Shown in pieces: positions 17,605-17,828 of a DNA stretch of 17,828 nucleotides. Source of the stretch: Delftia acidovorans NBRC 14950 (GTDB taxonomy: Bacteria; Pseudomonadota; Gammaproteobacteria; Burkholderiales; Burkholderiaceae_C). The position numbers and the translations under genes are program-made. Where the stretch lies: the NCBI RefSeq assembly GCF_001598795.1, contig NZ_BCZP01000049.1, forward strand, positions 1 through 17,828, given 5' to 3'. How positions within the stretch are numbered: position 1 is the stretch's first letter; the number at the start of each line of letters is the position of its first letter. The notes beneath the pieces are model-generated. The model saw only the letters and a program-made list of their open reading frames with translations, had not been told where the DNA came from and did no database searches.

Positions 17605-17828
17605 AAAACGGGCCGAGCGAAGCGAAGGCCCGAGCCAACTCCCCGTATGTCAGCGCCTGCGGCGTGGCGGTTGCGGGGTTGCAAGCCTGCCGAAGGACAG
17701 GCTTGCTTCGTGATCTGACTCGCCGTGATGTTTGAACGTAGCGCGCAGCGCGAAGAGAGTTTCACGGCGAACCCCGCAGCCGCCACGACGCAGGTTGCCC
17801 GCAGCGAAGCGGAGGGTCGCGGACATTC
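17605..17828. repeat. REP/REPIN-like (MITE-like) nested palindromic repeat element, copy 2, running off the right window edge
   Basis: Hairpin CGGGCC-12 nt-GGCCCG (17609..17632). The 25-nt arm 17656..17680 pairs 23/25 with 17770..17794. A nested perfect 9-bp hairpin GCAAGCCTG-8 nt-CAGGCTTGC lies at 17681..17706. AGCGAAGCG recurs at 17616..17624 and 17803..17811. The left part is about 86% identical to the reverse complement of 1..90. Confidence 0.75.

Overview
High-GC (about two-thirds G+C by eye) proteobacterial chromosomal segment. Two Bug/TctC-type periplasmic receptors with twin-arginine leaders, plus the general gene content, suggest a Burkholderiales host such as Comamonadaceae or Alcaligenaceae (inference only). 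I can support 13 CDSs.

- A 5' hypothetical gene on the minus strand that stays open to the left window edge.
- A small 4-TM membrane protein.
- Aconitate hydratase AcnA.
- A LysR regulator divergent from an operon of an AidB-like acyl-CoA dehydrogenase, a Bug receptor and a family III CoA-transferase.
- A minus-strand, translationally coupled pair of uncharacterised polytopic membrane proteins: DUF2157-like, and a DUF4401-like::GDYXXLXY fusion.
- A divergent small membrane protein with an HEAGH motif.
- Stand-alone ccoG/fixG with a textbook intrinsic terminator.
- An IlvD/Edd-family dehydratase followed by a second Bug receptor.

I see no rRNA, tRNA, CRISPR array, transposase, integrase, phage gene or recognisable defence gene.

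Non-coding points of note:
- Both window ends carry inverted copies of a REP/REPIN-like palindromic repeat.
- An 8-unit hexanucleotide tandem repeat lies in the divergent promoter region at 12219..12266.
- An AT-rich palindromic operator island lies between lysR and the acyl-CoA dehydrogenase gene.
- An unusually long, structured intergenic region spans 360..828.

The only candidate for an undescribed system is the DUF2157 / DUF4401-GDYXXLXY membrane module with its divergent HExxH neighbour. The rest is ordinary central and accessory carboxylate metabolism, and I found no convincing evidence of a novel defence or mobile system. The many long antisense ORFs in the track are high-GC artefacts.
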